From NCBI GenBank assembly GCA_023231475.1, contig JALJEE010000439.1, positions 1 through 44,248 of the forward strand: a stretch of 44,248 bases of DNA. The letters run 5' to 3'. Origin of the DNA: Seison nebaliae. Its lineage: Eukaryota. Under the pieces are notes generated by a model. It saw nothing but the letters and a program-made list of their open reading frames with translations. It made no database searches and was not told where the DNA came from. This document shows positions 1-11,448 of this stretch, piece by piece. Every line of letters starts with the position of its first letter. Within the stretch, counting starts at the first letter, position 1. Position numbers and translations under genes: made by a program.

Positions 1-1535
1 GGATTTGTAGAAGAGCAATAGGTATTGACGTCTTCAAGAATCTCTTTGATTTCTTCAACTATTCTTAACCGTTCTATCGAACAACCATAAAGATTAACAA
101 TGAGAACGTCTCCGATTTGAATCGAACAAATGTAATCTGTAATGATACGAAAATTTTTAGGAATTAAACATTTCCTTATCACAAATATCAGTCCTCCTGA
201 GCACCGTCCCCTTCCGGAAGTTCCTCTTGGAGGAATGGCAGGATGGAAAAATAATATATGAGAAGATGGAATCGACTCACCGAAGCCTACCGGTAGAGAA
301 TTTAATCAAGTTTCTTGGATCAAGATTATATCGAACCGAACAAAACTTGAAATTGACGAAATCAACCCATGATGGCCGTGAACATTATAAGAAAAAATTG
401 ATATAGAATTAGATAGATTATAATTAGAGATATTATGGCCGTTCCCAGTCAATCTGAGCTACTGGAATCCTGGTTCAATATTTCGGACCCAATTTGACTA
501 CTATACATTTGATTGAAATTTGTCGGAGAAGGCATCTTCAAATCGGAAGAGTTGTTGACCCGACGGTACTCCTCACATCTACTCTTCAGAAATTCATTGG
601 TCGTTCGCGAAAAATAGAATTGACGAATATGAGTTCTCTCTGGCCAGACAGCCCCATCCATGATCTTTTCTAAGTCGTTCTTCTTCACTTCGATTATAAA
701 TGTTTTCGCAGTTTTCTGCGAATCATCGAACTGCTTATGTTTCAATCTTCACAGACGATTAAATTCGATGTTATCCTCCTGCAAGAAGGACGACATAGAA
801 TCAAGGTCGACTGAAGAATCTAATCCATAAACCATTACCGAGCGAAATTCATTCTTCGCTGACCGTTCCATACCTTTCAGGACCGAATTCTTCTTCGTTT
901 CTTCTACTGCACGCCTCACTTTTTGGGACAAGGATTTCTTCTCTTTTTTGGACTTGTTTTGACTAAAAGTGGCCCCAGTTCCCGGATTTTTCTCCTTACC
1001 ATCCTTTTTTAATTTTTTACTTGAATTTAAATTCAAATTACGATGAGCCACGTTACTATATGACTCCCCTTTATTAGACACATCTTTATGTTTCACCACT
1101 GTTACGAGCTCCAGCATATTACCGACCTCCAATATATCTTTCTTGATTTTCTCTATCGAAGAGTTTGCCACACTTATCAATTCTTTATATTGAGAAATCA
1201 TTTGACCGTTCTTCGACATCTCATCGGTCAAATCATTGATTTCATCATGCTGCCATTTTCTCAACAGCTGCCTCCATTCTAACAAACTTATTGTCAAATT
1301 CTTCAACAGAATTAACAAGCTTCTCAACTTTGTGCTTCAACGTCCTGTTGTCACTGGAGATGGACGGTTTGAATCTCTTTACTTCGAGAACCGATTTCCA
1401 TAAACCTGGATCACCAGAATGATCACCAAAGCCGGCGGGTAACGACGTCAACGCGCTAGTTGATCCACATAGGCTACCATTCATCTCACGAAGTTTATTT
1501 TTCGTCATGTCAAAAATTCTTGTTTGTCGTGTCAA
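1..1535 (-). mobile_element. Decayed non-LTR retrotransposon (CR1/L2/Jockey-like): ORF1 (1535-449, one frameshift near 1245-1327 and an in-frame TGA at 749-751) followed by the APE endonuclease start of ORF2, which runs off the window
   Basis: Minus-strand translation of ~420-1 gives SIFSYNVHG...FDIILIQET*L...GRGRCSGGLIFVIRK...VLIVNLY, the EEP/APE endonuclease motifs. The upstream ORF is coiled-coil and ends in VWPERTHIRQF, like LINE ORF1 tails. Confidence 0.85.
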
Positions 1536-1796
1536 TTATGTTTCCGAAAAATCTGATAATCCCATTATCAATCAAAATGCAAGTTTAGATAAAACAGAAC
1601 AGAAGTTTAGCTTTAGAATTAAGTGAAAAAATTGGTGAAAAAGAAGGATTTAACTTTTGCAAGCCAAAAAAATAATAGAATAACTGAAGATTTTATTTTT
1701 AATTATTAATTTTTTTTCTCAAAAAGAAATTGACATCCTTAATGAAAATATTCTTATGCATTACATATCAAATCACTTATATATCTGAACCATAGA

Positions 1797-2730
1797 ATGA
1801 ACGAGAATAAGAAGGAGCAGGAGAAGATCATTGAAGCATTAGAATCAATTCGAGATAAAATCCGACATGAAGAAGAGAGAGCGAAAGAATTGAAACTTAA
1901 AGATGAAAAAAAGAAAGATAACAACAAAGAATGTTTAAAGTTTGCATATTTCTCAAAAGTTCTTTTTTAAAGATAAAGAATATTTTAGGAATTTCCTAAC
2001 TTTACTAAAATGTTGTGATTATTTAAATATTGAAAAAAACTTCTTTTTAAAAAAGCATGATATTGAGGTTTATTTCTATCGAAATTATTTTCACTTTGGG
2101 CAAATTGTAGATGAAAGATGAAAATACCAAATCCAATAAGCAGTTCGAACAAATAATCAAAGCGAAAGATTCATTAACAAATATCTTGCAACAATCGAAT
2201 GGTTTGAAAGAAATGATTATTCATTTGAACAATGTTAAATTCTCTTGTATAATAAGTATGTTGAAGCTTTTTCTAGGAAACTTCAAAATTGCAACGTGAA
2301 AGAACTTCTCTGGACAATCTGATAAAAGAGTTTAATGGAAACGTAAAAGATGGCACTGAAGAATGTTGCAAACAATTGAGAATGTTCTATTTTCTTTTAA
2401 GATGATTTATTAATGTCTTTAGGGTAAAAGCTGAATCGGAAACGAAACTGATGGAAATGAACAAGAAGATAAAGAGATTTGAAATATTCGATGAACAACT
2501 ATGTCGTGACGAAGAATCACAAAAGAAAGAATTGAGAGATCGAGAGAATGATCTTGAAAAAATAACAAAAATTATCGACGAAGCTCTACAACCTAATGAA
2601 CAAAAGTGATTTTCAAATTTATTTATTTTTAATAAGAGGGAAAAGAAGAAACAAAGACATGAAAAGGATCCTAAAAACAAAACTCATCTATCGAAAAAAA
2701 TGTATAAAGAAAGAAAAAAAACAAAAAAGA
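1797..2730 (+). pseudogene. Fragment of a spliced coiled-coil protein gene sandwiched between two LINE remnants
   Basis: E/K-rich heptad-like exons (MNENKKEQEKIIEALESIR..; MKDENTKSNKQFEQ..; ETSKLQRERTSLDNL..; VKAESETKLMEMNKK..). The last three join in frame across short GT..AG introns (donors near 2234, 2384, 2607). The frame runs into LINE sequence at ~2735. Confidence 0.5.
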
Positions 2731-2734
2731 AATC

Positions 2735-3400
2735 TGTTAAATCCCCATACAGGAACAATTCAACCGTCGCCTTCGAGGAAAATCCTCAAGGCGCTAGGTT
2801 GATTTTTTCGATAATTGAAATCAGAGATGTCTGATTAGGGATTCGTGAATGAAGAGGAGGAGACGTCCTGATGATCTGCCAAAACATGCAGTACTGACCG
2901 TCGCTTCGAGAGAAATAAGACAATGAGTATCCGATGAGAGCCAGTTCGAATACGGAGAGATGATCAGGATTCTTGAATGAAGATTAGCTCGTCATGTAAG
3001 AGAAATGAACATAATATCTCGAACATAAATTTGACCGTCCATATGAATTGAACGAGACAAGTGACAGTTTCTTCGAAGATATGGATAGAGAAGAAAAAAG
3101 GACGGATAATTATGTCATAAAAATGTAGATGAAGATGAAGATGGAGGAACTGTGAGAGTGGTTGAGGAAGAGGAAGAGAGAGTAAGAAGAAAAGGTGCGT
3201 ACATCGTCATCGAAACATCTGAAGATTTTACGATGCAATCAATACATCTCTTTTTTAGAAAATCGTTGGAAAATCAGAAATCAGATCTTGAAGAAAATTA
3301 ACCATTAAGAAATCGTTGTAGATTTGTCGATCGAACAATGGATGAACGAGATGTGTTCGCAGAATCGTCATTCTTTCTACTCGTCATACGCCACAGTTTG
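2735..3400 (-). mobile_element. Second decayed LINE fragment (ORF1 tail plus APE endonuclease start)
   Basis: Minus strand reads KLWRMTSRKNDDSANTSRS...SNDFLKKRCID, homologous to ORF1 of the first element (RL*RLKHKQFDDSQKTAKT...TNEFLKSRCEE). This is followed by LSLVSFNSYG, LIFIQES*, FGRSSGRLLLFIH and LYGDL, with frameshifts. Confidence 0.7.
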
Positions 3401-3720
3401 ACGAAATTTCTTTCTATTTTTAACTAATATCGCTTGGATATAATACAAAGTACCATTTATATAAATTAACAGAATGACGTTTTATTTAGTCTACTGAATA
3501 AAATATTTCATGTTTTATCTTTATGAAGAATTATACTGCAATGACATTAATTTTTTCTTCTTAAAACAAGTTGACATTTTTTTTTTTAATTATAGGATCA
3601 AATCTCCTCTGGGTAAATTAAAAAGGAAATAAGATAACCGGTGGTAAAGATTAAGTTTCCTTTCATTTTTAATGAAAATATTCCAATTATTTACAAATAA
3701 AACCACTGATGTTGAATGAT

Positions 3721-4550
3721 TTATTCGGGGAGAAAAAAAATTTTACATGACAATTGAATGACACGACATGTAACTGAATTTTGAACAGTAGGAAAAACTT
3801 TGCGCGTTGAAGCTGAAGTATAAACTAAATCGAGTTTAAGCGCAAAACATCAAACTAATAAAAAAGTATTTTTTAATTTTCAAAATAGTTTTGACATAAT
3901 GGAATATGTTTATAATTGCAGGATCTTTGTATTAACGGCAGTAAGCCTTCTGTCGTTAATATGGACCCGGCGACAACATTTCACAAGAATTTGAGAAAGT
4001 TAACTAATAAAAATACGAAATATTTTTTGCTAACATTATCATTTTGTACAGAAATTCGAGGAATTTATCGGTATTGGAAGGGAGAATATGTAGGTACGGA
4101 TATCATTAAGTTAGATTTAGCGAAAACTTTGATAAATCTGATTATTTATTTTGATAGAAGGTGATATTCAATAGTGTCTATAATGATGATTGGAACAAAG
4201 ACCATCATCAACGGGACGGACTGGTAGGAGGTCAAGTGATTGGACACCAACAGGGTGGTGTCATTGTCTCTTTATACGGTAAGAAGACCTCAGAAGAAAC
4301 ACCAGAACATCGTTCCAACTGAAAATTAATAATCCACAAATACTTAATGGAATCTCTTCATTTACATCAATTAAATTTATGGTTTTCGATGTTCATATTT
4401 ACTCGTTAAATACATAATATACGTAATACCTAAATCTATTGAAAATTAATTATTTATTTTGTGTTATGAAATAAAATTCTTTACTATGAAAGTTTTTATC
4501 CTAGATTAAAATTTGATCCAATAATTTTGTCATTTGATCTGTTCTTTAAA
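3721..4550 (+). repeat. Copy 1 of an ~830-bp dispersed repeat (inverted partner at 15956-16797) containing a disrupted spliced ORF
   Basis: Reverse-complement match along its whole length, e.g. 4231-4290 GTCAAGTGATTGGACACCAACAGGGTGGTGTCATTGTCTCTTTATACGGTAAGAAGACCT versus 16231-16290. Contains GTT..AG introns at 3999-4051 and 4110-4157. Confidence 0.92.
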
Positions 4551-4975
4551 GGTGATGGAATTTTCCTCGCACATTTTGTAGTCGATGAATTGGGAAGATG
4601 TGGAAGAGAGGAAAACGGAAAGACGATTGGAAGCGTATGATGTCTTTTTGAAATCACAGTTGAAGTTGCCTCCAATTATGAAAACGGTCGATTGATACTT
4701 AGAGATAGTGGATTCAATGACTTAGAGAGAGGAACAGAAACCTGAAAAATCACTCGGTCGAAGATAGACATTGAAACATAGGATATTATGGACGAAAAAG
4801 CAGACTACATCTATTGATAGTTGGGAGAACGAAGAGGGATGGAGATCATTAGAAAAAAAGTACATAGACCACCGGAAGGTCGGCCAGAGCCATTATCAGA
4901 ATGGGGGGAGAAGCGGAGGTACTGAAACATTGATGATCGGTCACTTCTAGCCAAGCTGGTTTCGAGCCAATAAAG
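4551..4975 (-). mobile_element. Third decayed LINE APE endonuclease fragment
   Basis: Minus strand reads GSGRPSGGLCTF, then after a frameshift ILCFNVYLRP...VFIIGGNFNCDF...NSITFK, the APE motifs (NVY.P, IIGGDFN, TF). Confidence 0.78.
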
Positions 4976-5894
4976 TAATAAATAAAAGTAACAATCATTC
5001 TTCATTTCGATAATTTCTAACAAATTTTTATAATATCTCCGCAATTCATCTTTTATCCAGTCTTTCAATTCCACTTCTTTTCACAGTTATCCAGCAGAAC
5101 TTTTGAAATAAAATTGAAGAAATTAAATCTAAATAATAAGTTATCTATTTTTTGTTGACGAATCGTGAATGACAATTTGTTATTATGTGAAAGTTCTCAA
5201 TAATTGTTTCTAAGAATCTCTCCCATTCCATCTCTGAATGAAATGAAAGATATGAAGAAAAGAAAGAGTTAGAACCAGCTAATGATTCGTTATCAGACAA
5301 TTGATACATGAAGACTCGTATTATCCATCCCACTAGATCGTTGTAGCTGAAAGCATTTTCAATTGATTTCCACCATATAAAATACGAACTGTAAATATTG
5401 GAATACGGTCCATCTCTTATGCTGTTCATCTTCCTCTAATGTTTCCTTCTTACCATTGACCAACGTGAATAACTGCATCATCAATTCATCAACTCTCTTC
5501 CATGGGAGATGTTTCGTATTCAAAATTCTCTTTGACATTTTTACCTATTTCAAATAAAAATATTATTTGATCTTCGTTCTAGAAGAATTCATTCGTTTTA
5601 TTATAACTCGCTTTATTACAACTATGTCTTCCTTTTTTACATTCTTCATCTGTTAACCAATATTTGCATTTTTTCATATTCCAATTTGAATCTGCCACAA
5701 ATACACAATGTCACAATTCCTACTATTTGAAGTTGTTTGATTATTCCACTTTTATTTGATAGCACATGAATTCGAATTTGAAGCATTGGACATAAAGTGT
5801 ATAAATCTTATTAATCGTTAATATGACCAATTCTACAAGGTTACTCAATAGCATATGTAATCAGTAAAGTTAAGGAAAGAAGTTGCGGAAAATT

Positions 5895-7514
5895 ATGGGA
5901 ATTATTGCAATTCATCTCGGTTTCCCTTTAGAATTTGAAAAGTTTGGACGAATAAAGAATTGCTTTCAGGCGCCGGAACTTATCCTCAACAAATGATGTC
6001 TCAATATTCTTGTTTATGCGAAGAAGTATGTCAGAAAGTTCGATAAATTCTCTTAAAATTTTTAAATTCGAATTTAAGTCCCGCGAAAAATTGGTTAAAG
6101 GAGAAGAAGCGATAAAAGTTGCAGCGTTCGCAGTCTCTCTCTTAGAAGACAGTCCATTGTGCAATGCGGGATATGGATCTAATTGTACGATTAATGGAAG
6201 AATTGAATGTGATGCGAGTGTTATGCAAGGAAATTTATTCGGTTCTGTCGGAGCAGTTTCTAGTTCAAATTTCCATCTCTCTTTCTCTTTCTCTTTATTT
6301 AATTGAATGGAATCAGGTATCAAAAATCCGATATTGGCAGCATTGAGTATAGCCGATTCTCAAAGAGATGGATTATGGACGATGACTCGAGTGCCACCTT
6401 GTTCATTAGTTGGCGAACAAGTGAATGAATGGGCGAGAGATCATCACATCGAACTAGTGAAGAATGAGAGTCTTTTGATAAGTTTGGAGGAATATTGAAT
6501 TTTGGAAGATGTGATGTATTTACTTTCTAGGTAATGTACGTCAACGACATAAGAGAATGTTGAAGTCGATGAAATATATTCATGATATCATCAATTTTTA
6601 TACGAACAATGAAGGTGATTATACGTATTCGAATCAAGAGAAATATTTGAAGGAATCCAGCAAAGATGGGAAGAATTGTTCTTTCTCTTCTCCCTCAACT
6701 ACAATCTCTACTTCTTCCTTATCTCCCTCTTCGTCTGATTCATCGATGGAAATGAAGTTTGATAAGAGAAGACTTAAAAGAAAATTCGAAGGAAAAGAAG
6801 ATAAAACGATGAAAGAGAGAAAATTAAATGGAATTAATTCAAAGAAGAAAACACTCAATTATAATCTCTTAAGTTGTCCATCCACCGATCTCAATAATAA
6901 TGTGTTGGAGAATATCCGTTTAGATACAGTTGGCGCTTGTGTCATCGATGAGAATGGAATGGCAGCTTCTGCTATCTCTTCGGGAGGAATACATCTAAAA
7001 CAACCCGGTCGAATTGGACAAGCGGCTGTTTATGGATCCGGTTGCTGGTCCCAATCTCATCCGATTCCTCATTGTTATGCCACTACAGGTGTGGGAGAAT
7101 ATTTAATACGAACGTTACTCGCTAAAACCGCTTCCGATATGTTCACTAACCAAATGACGAATGCCAATTCGAAAAGTGAGAAATTCTCTCAAATTTTCTC
7201 CAATTCAACAACGACAACTTCCGACAAATGTTTCATGAGTTTCTTTTCCTCATTTCTTTCAATGTTCAATTCTCTTCTTAGAATCATCGACGTTGAAAGA
7301 CGCGGAAGATCGGAGTTTTGGCATTTTAGGCATAGCAGAATGTAGTCCATTTAAGGAATATGCTGTCACATGGAATTTTTCGTCGAAAAATCTTCTAGTC
7401 GCTTATACTACGACGAAAGGGAAAGCTGAAGTTGGTATTCATTTAGATACGTTACCTGAATCATTGACACCGGGGAAAGACATTCGTTCCAAAACCTTAA
7501 CAATTCGATGTTGA
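5895..7514 (+). CDS. TASP1: Threonine aspartase 1 (taspase-1), 6 exons; introns 5920-5969, 6038-6078, 6263-6316, 6482-6530, 7239-7281
   Basis: Motifs MGIIAIHLGAG, LEDSPLCNAGYGSN, IECDASVM, SIKNPI, RVPPCSLVGE, the autocleavage site LD/TVGAC, SSGGIHLKQPGRIGQAAVYGSGCW and TTGVGEYLIRTLLA. Confidence 0.93.
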
Positions 7515-7992
7515 ACATGACATTATTTTTTTCCTAATGCATTACTCCATTACTCATCCACCAATAAATAAATTCATCTATTATCATTAAATGGAATTTT
7601 TTGTTTTGAAATCTTTTCAAAACTCTTTCTCTTCATTTTATTGAGATTTGTTGATGATTTTCTTCTTCTCTTTTGTTCACATATTTCTCTTCGCCACATA
7701 TTCCATAACAGACAAGAGGGACAAATACGAATGGTGGAAGTCTTCATGTCATGTTCATATTCTGGTGATATTGTATTCATGCTAATCATTCGAAATCTTC
7801 TTCACGATCATATTTCTTATACTTAAAATAAATTAAATGAATTATCCAAATTTCTTCTTCAAATATTTGATAAATTTGGAATTTGTAAAAATATTTTGCT
7901 CCTGACAACATTCCATTGGAAGGAAGATGAGGTTAGTAAGTGGAAGTAATATAACGAAATGGAACGGTGTTACGAATAGAGGGCAGCTTACC

Positions 7993-8006
7993 GTTACCAT
8001 GGCAAC
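7993..8006. promoter_or_regulatory. RFX X-box motif GTTACCATGGCAAC
   Basis: Near-palindromic exact fit to the X-box consensus GTNRCC(N0-3)RGYAAC, about 175 bp upstream of the calpain ATG in AT-rich DNA. Confidence 0.7.
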
Positions 8007-8179
8007 ATTAATTAAATGAAATTTTTATGCCATATTATTATTTTTATTCGGAAATGTCAATAAATATGGTACATCATGTCGCAATGTTGCCATATTAATT
8101 TTACTTGTTCGTGTATTGGAAAGTTTATATTCCTGATTTATTTCGTCTGCTACCTCTCCCCCTCTATCAACTCAAAAGG

Positions 8180-10411
8180 ATGGGTTGTGGCAATGGACGC
8201 CTTTATCCAGGTGACATGGCCAATTACTCATCAAAATCTCAGATAAAAAGTTCGAGAATGGATATGAAGAATCAGGATGCATCATGGACTTGGACATACA
8301 ACGTTTCCTTAGGCAATGCACATAAATCTCGACAATTACTTCCTGTCCCACAATTAGTGGACGAGTATCCAATATGTGATTATGGTTCTTTGTCGAATGA
8401 AGTTCATTTTTTTCTAATTTATTGACATTGTTTTTTGAAAAAAATAGTTAGGGAATGTTATTAGTTGAGAATTTTATGTTATTCACTATTAGGTGATTTT
8501 TCGAACTTATTTCTAATTACAAACTCTAATTTCAAAATGAATTGAAAGTAAGAAATCAGGTTCATAATCATTCGTTGAATTTTGATCTCCTAGTTATTCT
8601 CAGTAAAAAAGGAACCTTCTCTAATCTTATTATTCCTCTATTATTTCGTTGTTACAACATGGTGCTCATTTGGAATATCTTTTTCGTCGTTTAAAAAGGA
8701 AGATGAACAAAAGAAAACGTTGTTGAAGAAACATTTGAAATCACATGGTGATACATTATTTTGTGATGATTCATTTGATTGTGATTATCGAACATTGTCG
8801 GCTGATCTCTTCCGAGAACCGGCTGATAAAATCGACTGGTTGAGACCATGTGTGAGTTCTTTTTTCTTTCAATTTCTTATTTTTTCATTTTTTCAGGAAT
8901 TGGTTGAAGAACCGAAATTGATGTTAAAAGAAGGAAATGTAAATAATGTGAGTCAGGGAGAATTGGGAGATTGTTGGTTTGTAAGTTCTTGTGTCGCATT
9001 GGAGAAAGAGAATGTTTTAGTGGGACGCGTCCTTCCATCCAATCAACCACTTTATGGAGATAAATATAAGGGAATTATTGGTGTTCGATTTTGGGATTAT
9101 GATGAATGGAAAACGGTGTTCATTGACGATCGTTTACCTTGTCGTTTAGGAAAATTATTATATGCCAGATGTGCAAATGAAGATGAATTCTGGATATCTT
9201 TAATAGAGAAAGCTTATGCGAAATTAAATCGATCATACTTCGCATTGGAAGGTGGAATTCCATCATCTGCTTTCGTCAATTTAACTGGTGGTATTGTGGA
9301 AACATATAATATTCGCAAGCATAATATGAATCTTTTAAGAACGATGATAAAATCCATGAAAAGTCATTCATTTATCACATGTTCCCGAACAGGTTTTCCT
9401 GATAACAACGACTATAATAATGATAACAGCAATAAACCATCTCAAAATAATATTATTCGACAAGCTAATGGCTTGGTCATTAATCATGCTTATGCATTGA
9501 TTGACATCCGATTCATGAAGCATGATTTTGGAGAAGAATATCTGATCAGAATTAAAAATCCTTGGGCGGACCATACCGAATGGAAAGGTGCTTGGGGTGA
9601 TCAGTTTCTAATTTTTTTATTTCTTTATTTAACAAATTTCACCCTTAGTGATTCAAATTGGGAATGGATTAACGAATTACAACGGGAACAAATTCGACGG
9701 ACAGAATCAAAATGTAACTTCGGAGAATTTTGGATGACATATCGAGATTTTATTGCTCACTTCTCTCAAATTACTATTTGTTCACTTCCACCAAATTTTT
9801 TTGGAAACAACGATCCAAGAAAAATTCACGGATTTTTACGAATGTGTCGAGGTAGTTGGATAGAAGGTAAAAATGCAGGTGGTTGCCGTAACGATATTCG
9901 GTCATTTTCGACTAATCCCAAAATTGTTGTCGAATTGACCGAAGGTTTCACTTTAATTTTTCGAAATTTTTTAATTATATTATTTCGAAATTTTAATTAA
10001 AAGATCCCAAAGAAAATGATCATTTAACAAGTTTAAACCAATTTAAATTGAAATTTCATAATTTTAATATTATTGTGAACATTTTTAGGTTATAGTATGA
10101 TCGTTTCCCTCACACAATACCAACCGACGTTTACGAGGGGAAAGAAAAAGAACTTATTTCAAATTGGCTTCATCATCTACAAAGTAACCAAAGAATATTT
10201 AGAACGGTTGGATGCTGAATATTTTAATCATCTCAACTTTATTGCGGACTCGGGAAATTATGTCGATGTGAAAGAGATTAGTGGACGATACGAATTTTTT
10301 CCCGGATTATATTGTATTATTCCATGCACTTTTCATGTGAATTGCGAAACAAATTTTTGGTTAAGAATTTTCTCCAATAACGATTTCCGCGTAGTCCATG
10401 TAAGTGGGTAA
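8180..10411 (+). CDS. Calpain (CysPc plus domain III/CBSW, no EF-hand or C2 tail seen); introns 8852-8896, 9604-9648, 9945-10003, 10031-10088; joining of the 5' exon (8180-8401) is less certain
   Basis: Catalytic triad motifs QGELGDCW, NHAY and KNPW; IDDRLP; LIEKAYAKL; GEFWM; domain III motifs GSW..AGGCRN and YCIIPCTF. The putative first exon starts MGCGNG. Confidence 0.9.
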
Positions 10412-11448
10412 TTTATTAAACTTGTATTTTTTTTATTATATAATGAAATCCCTTCGGGGCAAATTAAAAGGAAAAGAAGATAATATGTTCTCAGTGATCA
10501 GTTTTATTCCTAGATCGATTTTATCTCGAAAATATTCCGCATTATGAGAAGTAATATCGAAATTAGAGGAAATGTGAAGCGAATTATCAAAAGAATTAGG
10601 AACTTCACTAGAAGAGGAAAAGGTTTCAATTTACAGATAGTAAACATGGTGCTCTATTATTACTTATGTTTAATTGGTGCATTGGTATTGCCAAGAATTA
10701 TGGAATAAACATTACGATTTTTGGTTGTGACGACATTTCAATAAGTTTACCCGCATTTTCTTTTGTTGTTGTCTTTTTCTTTTTTCAGCCAATCTTTTGT
10801 AATCCACAACAAGAACCTAACACTAGATATTTTATTGTATTTCCCCGCTAAAATTACTGAACTACATGTCTTAAATCGGGGAAAATAATTTTCCCAACAG
10901 AAATTAAAATTTTTGAGGATATATCTTCATATTATTCTTCATACCCATTCATATGTAATTTGTTTTCTGCTTTACGAATTCAGATTGGTATAATGTTATA
11001 ATCTTCTATTCTGGTAGTAGCTTACATTTCACAAAAATTTGGTTTGCATGTTTTGAAAGTCCCATGGAAAAATGTCGAAAAATTCTATCGTACTTCTACT
11101 AACATTGTAAGTCGTAACTATTCCAGATTATGCATGTGCAATCCAATTCTGCAGTCCTGACGGTTTTATAAGATCTACCTTGTCTCCGTTGGTTCGTCTT
11201 TTCATTGCTTGTTTTTTCGCGAACGTTTCAATTTCCAGTTGAAATCGACAAAACATTTCAATCTTTATTTATCCATATTGTCGATGAGATTTATCAATTT
11301 AGTATTCCCCGTGTTCTAAGCTTACCCTTTGAAAATTATCTCTTTGTAATTCATTGTGGAGACGTCATGAAAATTTGTTTCTTTAGGGATAATAAGTAAA
11401 ATTAAGCAAATCGGTGAATAAAAGTGTGCGAAATTGTTCAGTTGGGAC

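Noticed and set aside
300..2970. TGA at three Trp-equivalent positions in LINE remnants (IQET*, RL*R, IQES*), hinting at UGA=Trp recoding
   Set aside because: Host genes (TASP1, METTL25, APBB, DKC1) end in TGA and use TGG for Trp. TGG->TGA is a common transition in decaying copies, which also carry frameshifts and other stops.
4976..5860. Minus-strand ORF pieces (5145-5429, 4976-5074) that look like a decayed gene
   Set aside because: Frameshifted, no recognisable motif and no consistent exon model; possibly a pseudogene but not supportable.
7574..7826. Short overlapping ORFs between TASP1 and calpain
   Set aside because: No recognisable homology or convincing exon structure.
10412..11400. 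Possible extra calpain exons or a small gene (GTAAGT at 10400, intron-like 10745-10788)
   Set aside because: All frames I tried hit stops quickly, and no EF-hand or C2 motifs appear.
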